A stretch of 64,000 bases of DNA from Blastocatellia bacterium (lineage in GTDB: Bacteria; Acidobacteriota; Blastocatellia; HR10; J050), in NCBI GenBank assembly GCA_025054955.1, contig JANWZE010000152.1, forward strand, positions 70,419-134,418, in the 5' to 3' direction. The position numbers and the translations under genes were made by a program. Of this stretch, positions 1 through 9,350 are shown piece after piece. The notes beneath the pieces were generated by a model. The model worked only from the letters and a program-made list of their open reading frames with translations, searched no databases and was not told the origin of the DNA. Numbering within the stretch: the first letter of the stretch is position 1; every line of letters begins with the position of its first letter.

Positions 1-1550
1 GGCAGCGCCACCATCGGTCGCAACTGCGATGCGTCCAGTTCAATCACGTGGTCATAGGCGGCATCCGGATCGCTGAACAATCCTTCACACAACCGCTGGG
101 CTTCAGCCCGTGGCAGGCCACGTCGCTCGACGAGAAAATCAACGGTCTTTTCATCAGGCGCAACCACACCGGTGAACCCACCGATTTCAGCCGCCATGTT
201 CGTCATCGTGGCACGCTCGTCAATGCTCAATGCTTCGATGGCATCGCCGGCATACTCGATGACTTTGCCGATCGCTTGACCACTCTTGACGTACTCCAGG
301 CGCAGGATCGCCAAAATCAAATCCTTGGCGGTGACACCCGCCGGAAGGCGCCCGCGCACAATTACTTTGACTGACGGCGGCACACACACGCGCACATCTT
401 TGGTGATCCACGAATTGAAAATGTCTGTTGTGCCCACGCCAAAGGCCACACAACCAATCGCGCCGGCATGCGGCGTATGCGAATCTGTGCCAACGATCAC
501 CTGTCCAGGGAGCGCATAATTCTCCAGGATGATATTGTGGCAAATTCCTTCAGACCCCTTTCGGTCAGTCAATTCGCCGTGATAGGTGATGCCCTGCTCG
601 CGAGCGAACGCTTCTTGCATCAGCTTTTGTTGAATGGCCAAATCCAGCAGCCCCATGGCTCGCCGCTCCGGCGGCATAACTTCATCCAAAAATGTGAGGT
701 GATCGCGGAACAAATAAATGGAGGATGGATCGTTGACTTTCTCATGCTCGCCGACCAGTTGCTTAAACATCATGGCGGCCATCGGCGTCACGTATTCGTG
801 ACTGAACCGAATATCGGCGCGGACAAAACCGGCGTCGCCCGGCTGGACTGCCGCCACGCCGACGCGGTCTTCAGTTAAATTCACCACCATGTGTCGAGCC
901 AAGATTTTCTCCGCCAGCGTCATCGGTCGCTGCGGCGTCCTAATCTGTGGCAACCGCGCCTGCCCCTGCAAGCGGGCTACGTTGAAAGCGAACAGGCCGC
1001 CGTACTCGATAATCTGACAGGTGATCTCGTCCTCCCCTTCAGTGAATTCGCTGAGCGCGATTTCATCGCCGCGCTCAAGACGCTCAATCAACTGAAAATT
1101 CGTGGATGTGAGCATTCCGAGATTCTGGCAATTTTGCCGGTAGATGCGCTCGATATTCTCAGCTATGACCAAGCGAATGCCGGCGCTCAACTCGGCGTAT
1201 GGGGCTTGTTCGCGGCTCGACCCTTTGCCCCGACGTTTACCTGAGACGCTGGCGACAAAGCCGCCTCGCTTCACCGAGCCGCGCGTCACCGGCGATTGCC
1301 CGCCCGTCCGTAATCCAATGTAAGCAAACTCGCCAAGCGTCTCATCGAAGTAGTAACAGATGTATGCCGGCGCGATTTCATCTGTGCTAATATCGTGGCG
1401 CAACGGTATGTCCGGGCGCCACGCCAGGTCCTCGCCGTTCAATTGTCGCTGAATCAGATGTGGGTCCTCTGTCAGAAAGAGAATTCGACCATTAAAGCGA
1501 ATTCGGTCCGGTCGCTTTGACACCGTGCGATTCAACAGGCTGCTCACCAT
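1..1550 (-). CDS. Aconitase/3-isopropylmalate dehydratase-family Fe-S hydro-lyase with a LeuD-like swivel domain at the N-terminus; the 3' end lies outside the window
   Basis: The frame is open from the ATG at 1550 to the window edge, so it is absent from the ORF track (no stop in the window). Hand translation gives MVSSLLNRTV..HDISTDEIAPAY..GKGSSREQAPYA (LeuD-like), then ..YALPGQVIVGTDSHTPHAG (aconitase-type cluster region). Confidence 0.8.
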   Translation of the reverse strand, partial: MVSSLLNRTVSKRPDRIRFNGRILFLTEDPHLIQRQLNGEDLAWRPDIPLRHDISTDEIAPAYICYYFDETLGEFAYIGLRTGGQSPVTRGSVKRGGFVASVSGKRRGKGSSREQAPYAELSAGIRLVIAENIERIYRQNCQNLGMLTSTNFQLIERLERGDEIALSEFTEGEDEITCQIIEYGGLFAFNVARLQGQARLPQIRTPQRPMTLAEKILARHMVVNLTEDRVGVAAVQPGDAGFVRADIRFSHEYVTPMAAMMFKQLVGEHEKVNDPSSIYLFRDHLTFLDEVMPPERRAMGLLDLAIQQKLMQEAFAREQGITYHGELTDRKGSEGICHNIILENYALPGQVIVGTDSHTPHAGAIGCVAFGVGTTDIFNSWITKDVRVCVPPSVKVIVRGRLPAGVTAKDLILAILRLEYVKSGQAIGKVIEYAGDAIEALSIDERATMTNMAAEIGGFTGVVAPDEKTVDFLVERRGLPRAEAQRLCEGLFSDPDAAYDHVIELDASQLRPMVAL

Positions 1551-1731
1551 GATCCCGTATCCTTATTGTCAGAAATTGCCTGCACGCATAGGCGAGAAGC
1601 AAGTATACTGGCCACTCACCGATGCGTAAAGGAACAGCTAGAGCGCCGGCTCCGAGGTTCACCGCCATGCGCCACGAAAAGCCTCATGAGCGGGTAACAT
1701 CAGCGGAGCGGTGTTTGCTTCGTGTTCATGC

Positions 1732-2430
1732 TCAAGAATGCCGATGCGTTGTTTTGCGGATGCGGTGGAATTGCTCAAGTTGGTCGTTCGCCGCCACGAT
1801 GACCGGCAATTTTTCGAGAACCGCTTCGGCTGCTGGACCCGGAAGAGCAAAGTAGAAATGATCGTCGCCAAGGTCAGTGTAGACGCGATTTCCAATGCAC
1901 CCGAGGCTGAGGCTGGCTCGTTTGGCTTCGATGGCTTCAGGGATGATCGCACAGGTTGGACGCAGCATAGCCTGCATATCATGGCCGACATTGGCCGCGC
2001 GGGCGGCTTCGGCCAGTAGCATAATCTGCTTAGCATTGCCGCGCACAATGATCACATCGGGGTCCAACGGTGTTGAAGTGAGTGGCGCGTAAACGACGTA
2101 CTGGCATGGCTCGCGTCGTCGTGGCAGTGCGGCAATCTCATCCTGATGGACGTATTCCAAGCCGACCATCATGGTAAGAAGTTCTTCACGCTCGTTTGCT
2201 CGCTCCGGTGGCCAGTCAACGTGATGAGTGAACGCTCCAATAGGGCAGTTCAGATGATCTGCCGCAGTTGTGTAGAACGTGACGCCTTCGGCGGCCAGTT
2301 TCCAATAGCTGCATCCGGCTGCCGCGGCCTGCTCCACGTGCGGGATATCTTTCGGGACAGTTGATACAAATGTCACCGCCACTGGTGACCACGTCAAGTT
2401 TAAGTGCTTCTGAAGGTAGGTTGCTCGCAT
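1732..2430 (-). CDS. DUF169 domain-containing protein
   Basis: 232-aa ORF. The pattern PVAVTF..GCSYW..HLNCPIGAF..VVYAPL..DPDVIIVRGN..RPTCAIIP..SLGCIGNRVYTDLGDD matches my recollection of the DUF169 (COG2043) family. Confidence 0.8.
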   Translation of the reverse strand: MRATYLQKHLNLTWSPVAVTFVSTVPKDIPHVEQAAAAGCSYWKLAAEGVTFYTTAADHLNCPIGAFTHHVDWPPERANEREELLTMMVGLEYVHQDEIAALPRRREPCQYVVYAPLTSTPLDPDVIIVRGNAKQIMLLAEAARAANVGHDMQAMLRPTCAIIPEAIEAKRASLSLGCIGNRVYTDLGDDHFYFALPGPAAEAVLEKLPVIVAANDQLEQFHRIRKTTHRHS

Positions 2431-2488
2431 GAGCCTCGGTTTATTGCGGTCGAGCTAGAGGCAGCACGGTTGGTCCCGCTAGCTCGCC

Positions 2489-3082
2489 CTATTTGGCCGG
2501 TGAATAGTAGGGATTCTGGCCGGCGGCATGATCCGTCGTATCCAGAATCTGACCAACTTCGGGAATCTGCTCACGAATGAGCTGCTCGACGCCCTGTTTC
2601 AGTGTGACATTGGCCATGCCGCAACCCTGACAGCCGCCGCCCATACGAATGAAGACGTTGTTATCAATCACGTCTAGTAACTCGATGTAGCCACCATGCG
2701 CGGCTACCGCCGGATTGATCTGGGTCTCCAACAGATCAATGACTTTATCCCGGATGTAGTCGGATGATGGAATGCGCGCTTTGAATTCCTGCGAAACGGC
2801 CGGCACGCCCGATTGCAGCACGCGGCGGATGGCTGCGCCAATCTGCTTGGCAATCGGCATCCACTCGTCGTAGCCCTGCTTGGTCACGGTGACAATGTTG
2901 CCGGCAATCAACACGGCCGTCACCTGCGGAATCTCAAAGAGCGCCTCCGCCAGCGGCGAATCTTTGGCCGCTTCCTGATGAGCAAAATAAGCGGCGCCGT
3001 CGTAAACCTGACGGTCTACTGTGAATCGGCACTTGGATGGGTCTGTCTGAATTTCAGCCATGATTTTAATCTCTTGGTCCAT
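2489..3082 (-). CDS. Nfu/NifU-type Fe-S cluster scaffold/carrier (Nfu_N plus NifU C-terminal domain)
   Basis: C-terminal GGCQGCGMANVTLKQGVE CxxC motif. I moved the start to the ATG at 3082, which is preceded by AAGGAG 8 nt upstream. Confidence 0.85.
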   Translation of the reverse strand: MDQEIKIMAEIQTDPSKCRFTVDRQVYDGAAYFAHQEAAKDSPLAEALFEIPQVTAVLIAGNIVTVTKQGYDEWMPIAKQIGAAIRRVLQSGVPAVSQEFKARIPSSDYIRDKVIDLLETQINPAVAAHGGYIELLDVIDNNVFIRMGGGCQGCGMANVTLKQGVEQLIREQIPEVGQILDTTDHAAGQNPYYSPAK

Positions 3083-3099
3083 AGTCTTTCTCCTTCGTA

Positions 3100-4566
3100 T
3101 CAAATGCCGCGTCGTCTCTGGAGCGCGTCAAACTGGCTCGTCGTCGGCTCTGCGCAGCAAAACCACGGCTCAGTCAGGCGTGGCGCACGCCCAGTTTGAT
3201 CGCGCGTCGCAGTCGAAATGAGTTCCGGCATTTCGTCTCCACGCATAGCATAGGCTACCTGGCACACGCGGTCAAATGTCTTGGCCGGATGTTCGTTTGA
3301 TTGAGCAGCTTGCTCAACCAACGCGCTGACCGTTTTGTGGAGATCATCCATGCAGGGATCAGGGTGTCTCCAGCGATAACTGAGATGTTGGTGATCCAGG
3401 GCGCCAAGGAATGGCTGGATCGCCGGCTGTCGCAACAAGTTTGATCCGGGCGGCACAAGCAATCGAATCGTGTATTGCACCGGATCAACATAGTCAATCA
3501 ATTTGTGATCGCGCACGAACTGGAGGATGTCAATGTAATCATCGAGCGTCGTCCACGGTGTGAACGGAACCCAGGTCGGTCGCAGCGCCAGTTTGGCTTC
3601 GGTGACCACGTCTAATAGCTTGTGAATATCAGCCCGCGTATGGCCTTTCTCCAAATGGGCCAGCACGGTGTCGCTGAGCGATTCAAACGCCGACACGACG
3701 AACAAACAGCCTGACTCGGCCAGCTCCGGCAATATGGCCTGATGTTTCAGCAGATGCTCGACCTTCGCTGTGAAATCGAACGTCAGAGCAGGGAATTCGT
3801 TGTGCAATGCGCGGACCACGCGCCGCGCATGGCCAGGGCCGTTGAGGAAATCAGGGTCGCCAAACGTAATGTGCGTCGCGCCGGCTTCAACCAGTTGCCG
3901 AATATCGTTCAAGACAATATCGGTTGGCACGATGAAAAACCGACCGCCATAAACCGGTGGGATCGGGCAATGCCGGCAGTGATGCAAACAACCGCGACTT
4001 GCTTCAACGGTGCCGACCAGTCGTTGCGTTCCCTGGTGCTCCAACCGCGCATACTTGGATAACGGCGGCAAGCTGCTGCGCTGCGGCGCTACGAACGGCT
4101 GCCGTTGCACATAAGGACGGCCCACATGCCCGCGCCGGCTAATACCGGCAATGTCCAAAGAACCGCCATTGGCCAGCGCATCAATCAATGCAACTAACGG
4201 TGTTTCATACTCGCCACCGATGATGAAGTCGGCGCCATGCTCGAGCAGATAATCAGCGTTGAGCGAAGCGTAAAGACCGTAAAAGCAGATGTGACACCGT
4301 GGATTGACGTGACGAATCCGCTCTGCCACGCGCACGCCCAGCCGGAGCGCCGTGTGCATCGGCACCGAGATACCGACGAACCACGCGTTGGCGATCTTTG
4401 TCTCGTCCAGTGGTTCGACGGCAATGTCAAGGGTGTCCGTTGCATAACCAACCTGTTGGAGAAAGCCACAGGGGAAGGCTACCCCCAGTGGTTGATGGCC
4501 CAGCTCGTAGCAAGATACCAGCAGGATCGTCTTGCCGTTCATGTTATTGTGGAGGACGCCAGCCAT
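3100..4566 (-). CDS. B12-binding-domain radical SAM protein with a CCAEP C-terminal tail (CUAEP/CCAEP-tail family)
   Basis: N-terminal KTILLVSCYELGHQP (B12-binding-like). CxxxCxxC motif in GCLHHCRHCPIP. Tail is ..EPWFCCAEPTTSQ. The start is uncertain (4566 or 4542), and the longest ORF would overlap the upstream gene. Confidence 0.8.
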   Translation of the reverse strand: MAGVLHNNMNGKTILLVSCYELGHQPLGVAFPCGFLQQVGYATDTLDIAVEPLDETKIANAWFVGISVPMHTALRLGVRVAERIRHVNPRCHICFYGLYASLNADYLLEHGADFIIGGEYETPLVALIDALANGGSLDIAGISRRGHVGRPYVQRQPFVAPQRSSLPPLSKYARLEHQGTQRLVGTVEASRGCLHHCRHCPIPPVYGGRFFIVPTDIVLNDIRQLVEAGATHITFGDPDFLNGPGHARRVVRALHNEFPALTFDFTAKVEHLLKHQAILPELAESGCLFVVSAFESLSDTVLAHLEKGHTRADIHKLLDVVTEAKLALRPTWVPFTPWTTLDDYIDILQFVRDHKLIDYVDPVQYTIRLLVPPGSNLLRQPAIQPFLGALDHQHLSYRWRHPDPCMDDLHKTVSALVEQAAQSNEHPAKTFDRVCQVAYAMRGDEMPELISTATRDQTGRAPRLTEPWFCCAEPTTSQFDALQRRRGI

Positions 4567-4576
4567 ACGATTTTGC

Positions 4577-4900
4577 TTATGCGCGACACGACGGACATGG
4601 ACAGAGCGCCCGGAGCGTCTGGAAACTATAGATGCCTGTATTGTGACCATCACTCCAGGTGAAGTTCAACGCATACTGGCCGACCAGATCAACGGCGCGG
4701 ATGCTCAGGTCTGAGGCAATCGAGTCAGGCGTGATACGTCTTTGTCCCGTCCATTCGTCCACACAGGCGGCACACGGACACTCTTGACGCAGGTACGGGG
4801 CTGAGTACCGGCTGACGTGCTCATCCTCCCAGGTGATCTCCAGTGTCGCATCACCGATCTTTTTAATGCCGACCGGCCTGTCCGCTCGGTTCATGCGCAA
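4577..4900 (-). CDS. DUF971 domain protein (gamma-butyrobetaine hydroxylase-like N-terminal Zn domain)
   Basis: Contains LEITWEDEHVSRYSAPYLRQECPCAAC..VGQYALNFTWSDGHNTGIYSF, the typical DUF971 signature. Sits next to Mrp/ApbC, as is common. Confidence 0.85.
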   Translation of the reverse strand: MRMNRADRPVGIKKIGDATLEITWEDEHVSRYSAPYLRQECPCAACVDEWTGQRRITPDSIASDLSIRAVDLVGQYALNFTWSDGHNTGIYSFQTLRALCPCPSCRA

Positions 4901-4935
4901 CCCCTTCCATGCCCATACGGGCGACGCCGGCGCGT

Positions 4936-6030
4936 CTACGCCGGCACTTCGAGAATCTGTAGCGGAATCTTTCGATAATTCTCAATGCTGATTTGCTGTG
5001 CCAGGTGACCAAGAATCTGGCGATATGCTTGCGCCGATGGCGAATCCGGATCGGCAGCAATGATCGGCGTGCCATCGTCGGCGTACTGCCGAATGGCGAC
5101 GTCAATGGGAATCTCTCCGAGGAATGGCACTCCCAATTCACGGCTGGCGTTCAGCGCGCCGCTGGAGCCAAAGATATACTCACGATGACCGCACTGCCGG
5201 CAGATGTAATAACTCATGTTCTCAATGATGCCGAGGATCGTCACGTTCGTCTGTTCAAACATGCGGAGCGTTTTCAGTGAAATTTTCCAGCCGACGTCCT
5301 GCGGCGTAGAGACAATGACCCCACCCGTGACCGGCACAGATTGCACTAACGTCAGATGAACATCGCCTGTGCCCGGCGGCAAGTCCACAATGAGGTAATC
5401 TAATTCACCCCATTCGACCTGAAATAAGCATTGCTCTAATGCCTTGTGCGCCATCGGGCCGCGCCAGATCAGCGGTTTATCGCCGGGCACAAACAGCCCC
5501 ATCGAGATAAACTTGATGCCGTGATTTTGCAATGGCCGGATGCGGTTGCCGTGCAGCTCGACCGGTTCATTCTTGCCCATCATGATGGGAATGCTCGGGC
5601 CATAGATATCGGCATCCAACAAACCGACACGCGCGCCGGTTTGGGCTAATCCAACAGCCAGGTTCGTCGCAACCGTTGATTTGCCCACGCCGCCTTTACC
5701 GCTGCCGATTGCCACGATGTTGCGGACTGTTGACAGCGTTGAACGATCCAATCCAGCATGCTGACGCACGTCGGCTGTCAAATTCACACGCACGTCGGTC
5801 ACTCCATCCAGCGCGCGAACGACTTGCTCGGCTTCTTCCTTGAGCCGTTCTTTAACTGGACAAGCTGGCGTGGTGAGGTTGATATCAAAGCTCACTGCCC
5901 CACCGTCTATTCTGATGTTCTGCACAAACTTGAGCGTGACAATGTCTTTATGCAGGTCAGGGTCTTTGACGACGCTCAACGCCTTCAGTATGTCCGCTTC
6001 GGAGACGGACGATTTCTTTAGTAGAGCCAT
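4936..6030 (-). CDS. apbC: Mrp/NBP35/ApbC-family Fe-S cluster carrier ATPase with an N-terminal DUF59/MIP18 domain
   Basis: Deviant Walker A in GSGKGGVGKST, CxxC in YYICRQCGH, and a DUF59-like N-terminus (VKDPDLHKDIVTL). Confidence 0.92.
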   Translation of the reverse strand: MALLKKSSVSEADILKALSVVKDPDLHKDIVTLKFVQNIRIDGGAVSFDINLTTPACPVKERLKEEAEQVVRALDGVTDVRVNLTADVRQHAGLDRSTLSTVRNIVAIGSGKGGVGKSTVATNLAVGLAQTGARVGLLDADIYGPSIPIMMGKNEPVELHGNRIRPLQNHGIKFISMGLFVPGDKPLIWRGPMAHKALEQCLFQVEWGELDYLIVDLPPGTGDVHLTLVQSVPVTGGVIVSTPQDVGWKISLKTLRMFEQTNVTILGIIENMSYYICRQCGHREYIFGSSGALNASRELGVPFLGEIPIDVAIRQYADDGTPIIAADPDSPSAQAYRQILGHLAQQISIENYRKIPLQILEVPA

Positions 6031-6151
6031 ACACTATTGATCCTTACGCCGGGGAAGGACTTTTCCTGCGCTCCGGGTCAGCCCCCGTGAGATTGGCCCG
6101 ACGCGCAACGGTGATTGAAAAAAGCCGCCAATGAGAGGCGGCTCTCAAGCG

Positions 6152-6508
6152 TTACACGGTGAAGCTGCTGCCGCAGCCACAACTGCCGGTGGCATTCGGA
6201 TTCTTAAATGTGAACCCTGAACCCATCATCGAATTGACATAATCCAGCTCGACGCCATTGAGGTAGCGCTTGCTCATCTGATCCACAAAGACACGGATGC
6301 CCTGCAATTCAACCACATCATCACCTGCTGCCGGGCCATCGTCAATCACCATGTCATATTGGAATCCCGAACACCCGCCGGGAATGACGCGAATCCGCAG
6401 GCCCGCTTCAGGGCCGACGTTTTCGCTCGCCATGAATTGTTTGACGGCTTCTGCCGCCGCTGCGGTCATATGCAAACTCAATGGTGGCTGTCCAACTGTT
6501 GCGCTCAT
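6152..6508 (-). CDS. HesB/IscA/ErpA-family Fe-S cluster insertion protein
   Basis: Contains GCSGFQY and a C-terminal GSCGCGSSFTV. The start is set at the ATG at 6508, preceded by AAGGAG. Confidence 0.9.
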   Translation of the reverse strand: MSATVGQPPLSLHMTAAAAEAVKQFMASENVGPEAGLRIRVIPGGCSGFQYDMVIDDGPAAGDDVVELQGIRVFVDQMSKRYLNGVELDYVNSMMGSGFTFKNPNATGSCGCGSSFTV

Positions 6509-6571
6509 TCCGTATTCTCCTTCATGCAAAAATTATGTTGAATGCGATTTCTTACCTTTTGGTAAGGCTTG

Positions 6572-6600
6572 ATTATAACAGAGCGACCCCGACCTGCCAA
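6572..6600 (-). promoter_or_regulatory. Sigma-70-type promoter candidate: TTGGCA-N17-TATAAT
   Basis: The reverse complement of 6571-6600 reads TTGGCAggtcggggtcgctctgtTATAATc. It lies about 65-90 nt upstream of the iscA-like start. The 6-bp hairpin CTTACC-TTTT-GGTAAG at 6551-6566 would fall in the leader. Confidence 0.5.
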
Positions 6601-6657
6601 GCCATGATTTCGGCCAGCATGGTACTGATGGATTCGCGCTGAGAAGATTGCGCCGTG

Positions 6658-9108
6658 TTACGCTTCATTATTGTTCGCCTCTCCCGCTTTTTCTTGACCG
6701 TTACTTGTTGTTTTTTCTTGCTCAGCCAGCGTCTTGAGGCGCTGTTCAACCAGCGCATAGAGCGTGCCTGGAGGGAATGAGCCGTTGGCTGCCCGTTGGC
6801 CTGCTTCCATTCCGGTGAGCAAGGCGGCAGCTTCTTCAACCGTCGTCACCGGATAGATATGGAACTGTCCATGACGGATTGCCTCAACCACATCCTTTTT
6901 CAACATCAGATTGGTGACGTTTTGATGGGGAATGATCACGCCTTGCTGCCCCGTCAGGCCGCGCATCTTACAGACAGCGAAGAAGCCTTCAATCTTTTGG
7001 TTGACGCCGCCGATTGGCTGCACTTCACCTTTCTGATTGATCGAGCCGGTGACGGCCAGCGACTGTTTAACAGGCACGTTGGCCAAGCTCGAGAGCAAGG
7101 CCACCACACTGGCGATCGAGGCGCTGTCGCCTTCGATCGTTTCGTATGTTTGCTCGAACACCATACTGGCCGCCAATTGCAGCGCCTTGTCCCGACCGAA
7201 CGTCGCGCCCAGATAGCCATTGAGGATCATGAATGATTTATTATGAATGTTGCCGCTGAGTTTGGCGCGCGATTCTGCATTCACCACCCCGCTCTTGCCG
7301 GCGAATGTTTCGCAGGTGATGCGCACCGGTTTACCAAATTCGTAATCGCCCAGGCTCAGCACTGACAATCCGTTGACCTGCCCGACCACGGCGCCATCGG
7401 TGTCCACTAAAATGAAGCCGCGAACAATCATTTCTTGGAGGCGTTCCTCAATGCGGTTAGAGCGATAGATTTTTTCTTCAATCGCTCGCTCAACATCCTC
7501 CCGTCGCACCACCTCGCTTTTCTGCTGCGAAGCCCAGTAGTTTGCTTCGATCATGATGTCGGCGATGGCGCCGAACTCAGTTGAGAGTTTCGTTTGATCG
7601 TCGGCCAGGCGCGAGCCGTATTCAATCAACGCCGCGACGCCGCTGCGGTCGAATGGTTTTAGTTGCTGGCGCTGGCTATAGGAGGCGATGAATTGAGCGT
7701 AGTGTCGGATATTCTCGGCGGTTCTCTTCATCTGTGTATCAAAGTCAGCTTTGACTTTGAACAGTTTGCGAAAATCCTCGTCGTAGGCGAACAACAAATA
7801 ATGGAGCAGCGGATGACCGATGAGGATCACTTTGACGTTGATGTTGATTGGTTCGGTTCGCAATCCGGTGGCGCTGATCAATCCATATTGAACGGCAGGG
7901 TCTTCGATGCGGACTTGCCCGGTTTCGAGCGACCGCTTGAGCGTATCCCAGACGAGCGGATACTTGAGCAAGTCCATCGCTTCGATTAGCAGATAGCCGC
8001 CGTTGGCCCGCAGCAACGATCCAGCTTTCACCATCGTGAAATTGGTCACCAGGGCGCCGAAATGGACCTCACGTTCAACGGTGCCAAACAGATTGGTAAA
8101 CGTCGGGTTTGATTCAATGATGACAGGCGCGCCCTCAGCCGTCCCGTTATCCACCAGCACGTTGACGCGGTACTCAACAAAGCGGGTTCGTTGTTCGACG
8201 AGCTTGAGCGCCTTCAGGGCGGGTTCTGGCACTGGCGCGCCCGTCTCCTCCTTGCGCTGGAATTCGCCGATATTCTCCAACACATAGGCCTGCACTTGGT
8301 CAAGGTACTCAATGATGCCACTATGGTCGGCGTACTTACGTCGCAAATAACCGACCAAACTTTGCACGATGATGTTGGCCGTTTGCCTTTCCAGTTCCTT
8401 GATCTGATCACGCGTCTGCCGCTCGGCGTCACGCACCTGCTCCATCACTTCCATCACCCGGTGGTTGAATGTCTCGATGCGTTTGCGGATTTCGTCTTTC
8501 TCTTCCTCCGAAAGCGATTCGAATTGTTCCTGCGAAATCGGCTGTCCGTTCTTGATGACGCGCGTGATGACGCCCGCCGGCGTGACCTGAAACTGAATGC
8601 CTTCCTGATGCGCCTGCTTTTGCAGGTTCGAGAACAAGGCGCTCGTTCGTTGTTGATACTGATTCAAAATTTCGGCCTGCTGCGCCTCGTAACTTTTCCC
8701 TTCGAATGTTTGCGGAATTTCCCGCTGTAAGCTTTCTACCAGTTGGTCCATGTCCTTGGCCAGTTGGCGGCTCAGGCCCGGTTTCAGATACAACACGCGC
8801 GGTTGGTCAGGGTCATAAAAGTTGTTGACCAAGCAAATGTCGCACGGCACCGGCTTGTTTTTGGCCAATTGAGCAAGGATCGTTTTAATCAATGTCGTGC
8901 GCCCGGTGCCGGATTGGCCGGCCAGATAGAGATTGTAGCCGCGGGCTTCAATGTCCAGTCCAAGGTTGATCGCGCTGACGGCGCGCGCTTGACCGATGAT
9001 ATGTTGCAATGGCGGTACATCTGCTGTTGTTTCAAAATCCAGCTCAGCGGCGTCACAGGTGCGATAGACTTCCTCAGCCACTAGCTCTCGATGCTCAGGC
9101 ATATTCAC
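6658..9108 (-). CDS. LonC-like protease: an AAA-like domain with a coiled-coil insertion plus a Lon S16 protease domain (COG1067)
   Basis: P-loop GQSGTGRT. A long charged helical insertion (..EAQQAEILNQYQQRT..RDQIKELERQ..). C-terminal Ser-Lys dyad context in GDSASIASVVALLS and AVTGSINQKGEVQPIGGVNQKIEGF. Confidence 0.85.
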   Translation of the reverse strand: MNMPEHRELVAEEVYRTCDAAELDFETTADVPPLQHIIGQARAVSAINLGLDIEARGYNLYLAGQSGTGRTTLIKTILAQLAKNKPVPCDICLVNNFYDPDQPRVLYLKPGLSRQLAKDMDQLVESLQREIPQTFEGKSYEAQQAEILNQYQQRTSALFSNLQKQAHQEGIQFQVTPAGVITRVIKNGQPISQEQFESLSEEEKDEIRKRIETFNHRVMEVMEQVRDAERQTRDQIKELERQTANIIVQSLVGYLRRKYADHSGIIEYLDQVQAYVLENIGEFQRKEETGAPVPEPALKALKLVEQRTRFVEYRVNVLVDNGTAEGAPVIIESNPTFTNLFGTVEREVHFGALVTNFTMVKAGSLLRANGGYLLIEAMDLLKYPLVWDTLKRSLETGQVRIEDPAVQYGLISATGLRTEPININVKVILIGHPLLHYLLFAYDEDFRKLFKVKADFDTQMKRTAENIRHYAQFIASYSQRQQLKPFDRSGVAALIEYGSRLADDQTKLSTEFGAIADIMIEANYWASQQKSEVVRREDVERAIEEKIYRSNRIEERLQEMIVRGFILVDTDGAVVGQVNGLSVLSLGDYEFGKPVRITCETFAGKSGVVNAESRAKLSGNIHNKSFMILNGYLGATFGRDKALQLAASMVFEQTYETIEGDSASIASVVALLSSLANVPVKQSLAVTGSINQKGEVQPIGGVNQKIEGFFAVCKMRGLTGQQGVIIPHQNVTNLMLKKDVVEAIRHGQFHIYPVTTVEEAAALLTGMEAGQRAANGSFPPGTLYALVEQRLKTLAEQEKTTSNGQEKAGEANNNEA

Positions 9109-9350
9109 TCTCCGTAGGCGATGATGTTTGGAGGCGGTATTATCCTTCAGCCGGCATCAAGACTCAAGCGTCCGGCAATGAATCATTACTTTGCGGGCTT
9201 CTGATGCTTTCTGAGGAATCGGCCGTGAGCCATCGCCGGCCACCAAGGATGGAAACTTGGGAGCGCCATTGCAAGCGGGCTCAAGCGGGCACGCCCGGAA
9301 GCGTGCGCTCCCAGCGATTTTCACAGGGGAGCTGTCTGAAACCGGCACGG

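Noticed and set aside
3100-4566. Possible selenocysteine recoding in the CCAEP-tail radical SAM gene.
   Set aside because: Both tail codons are TGC (checked by hand at 3154-3159), and the ORF contains no in-frame TGA. This copy is the all-Cys form.
6658-9108. Whether the Lon-like protease is BrxL of a BREX phage-defence system.
   Set aside because: No other BREX components (brxA/B/C, pglX, pglZ) are nearby. The neighbours are Fe-S biogenesis genes and mscL. The architecture fits LonC/COG1067 better.
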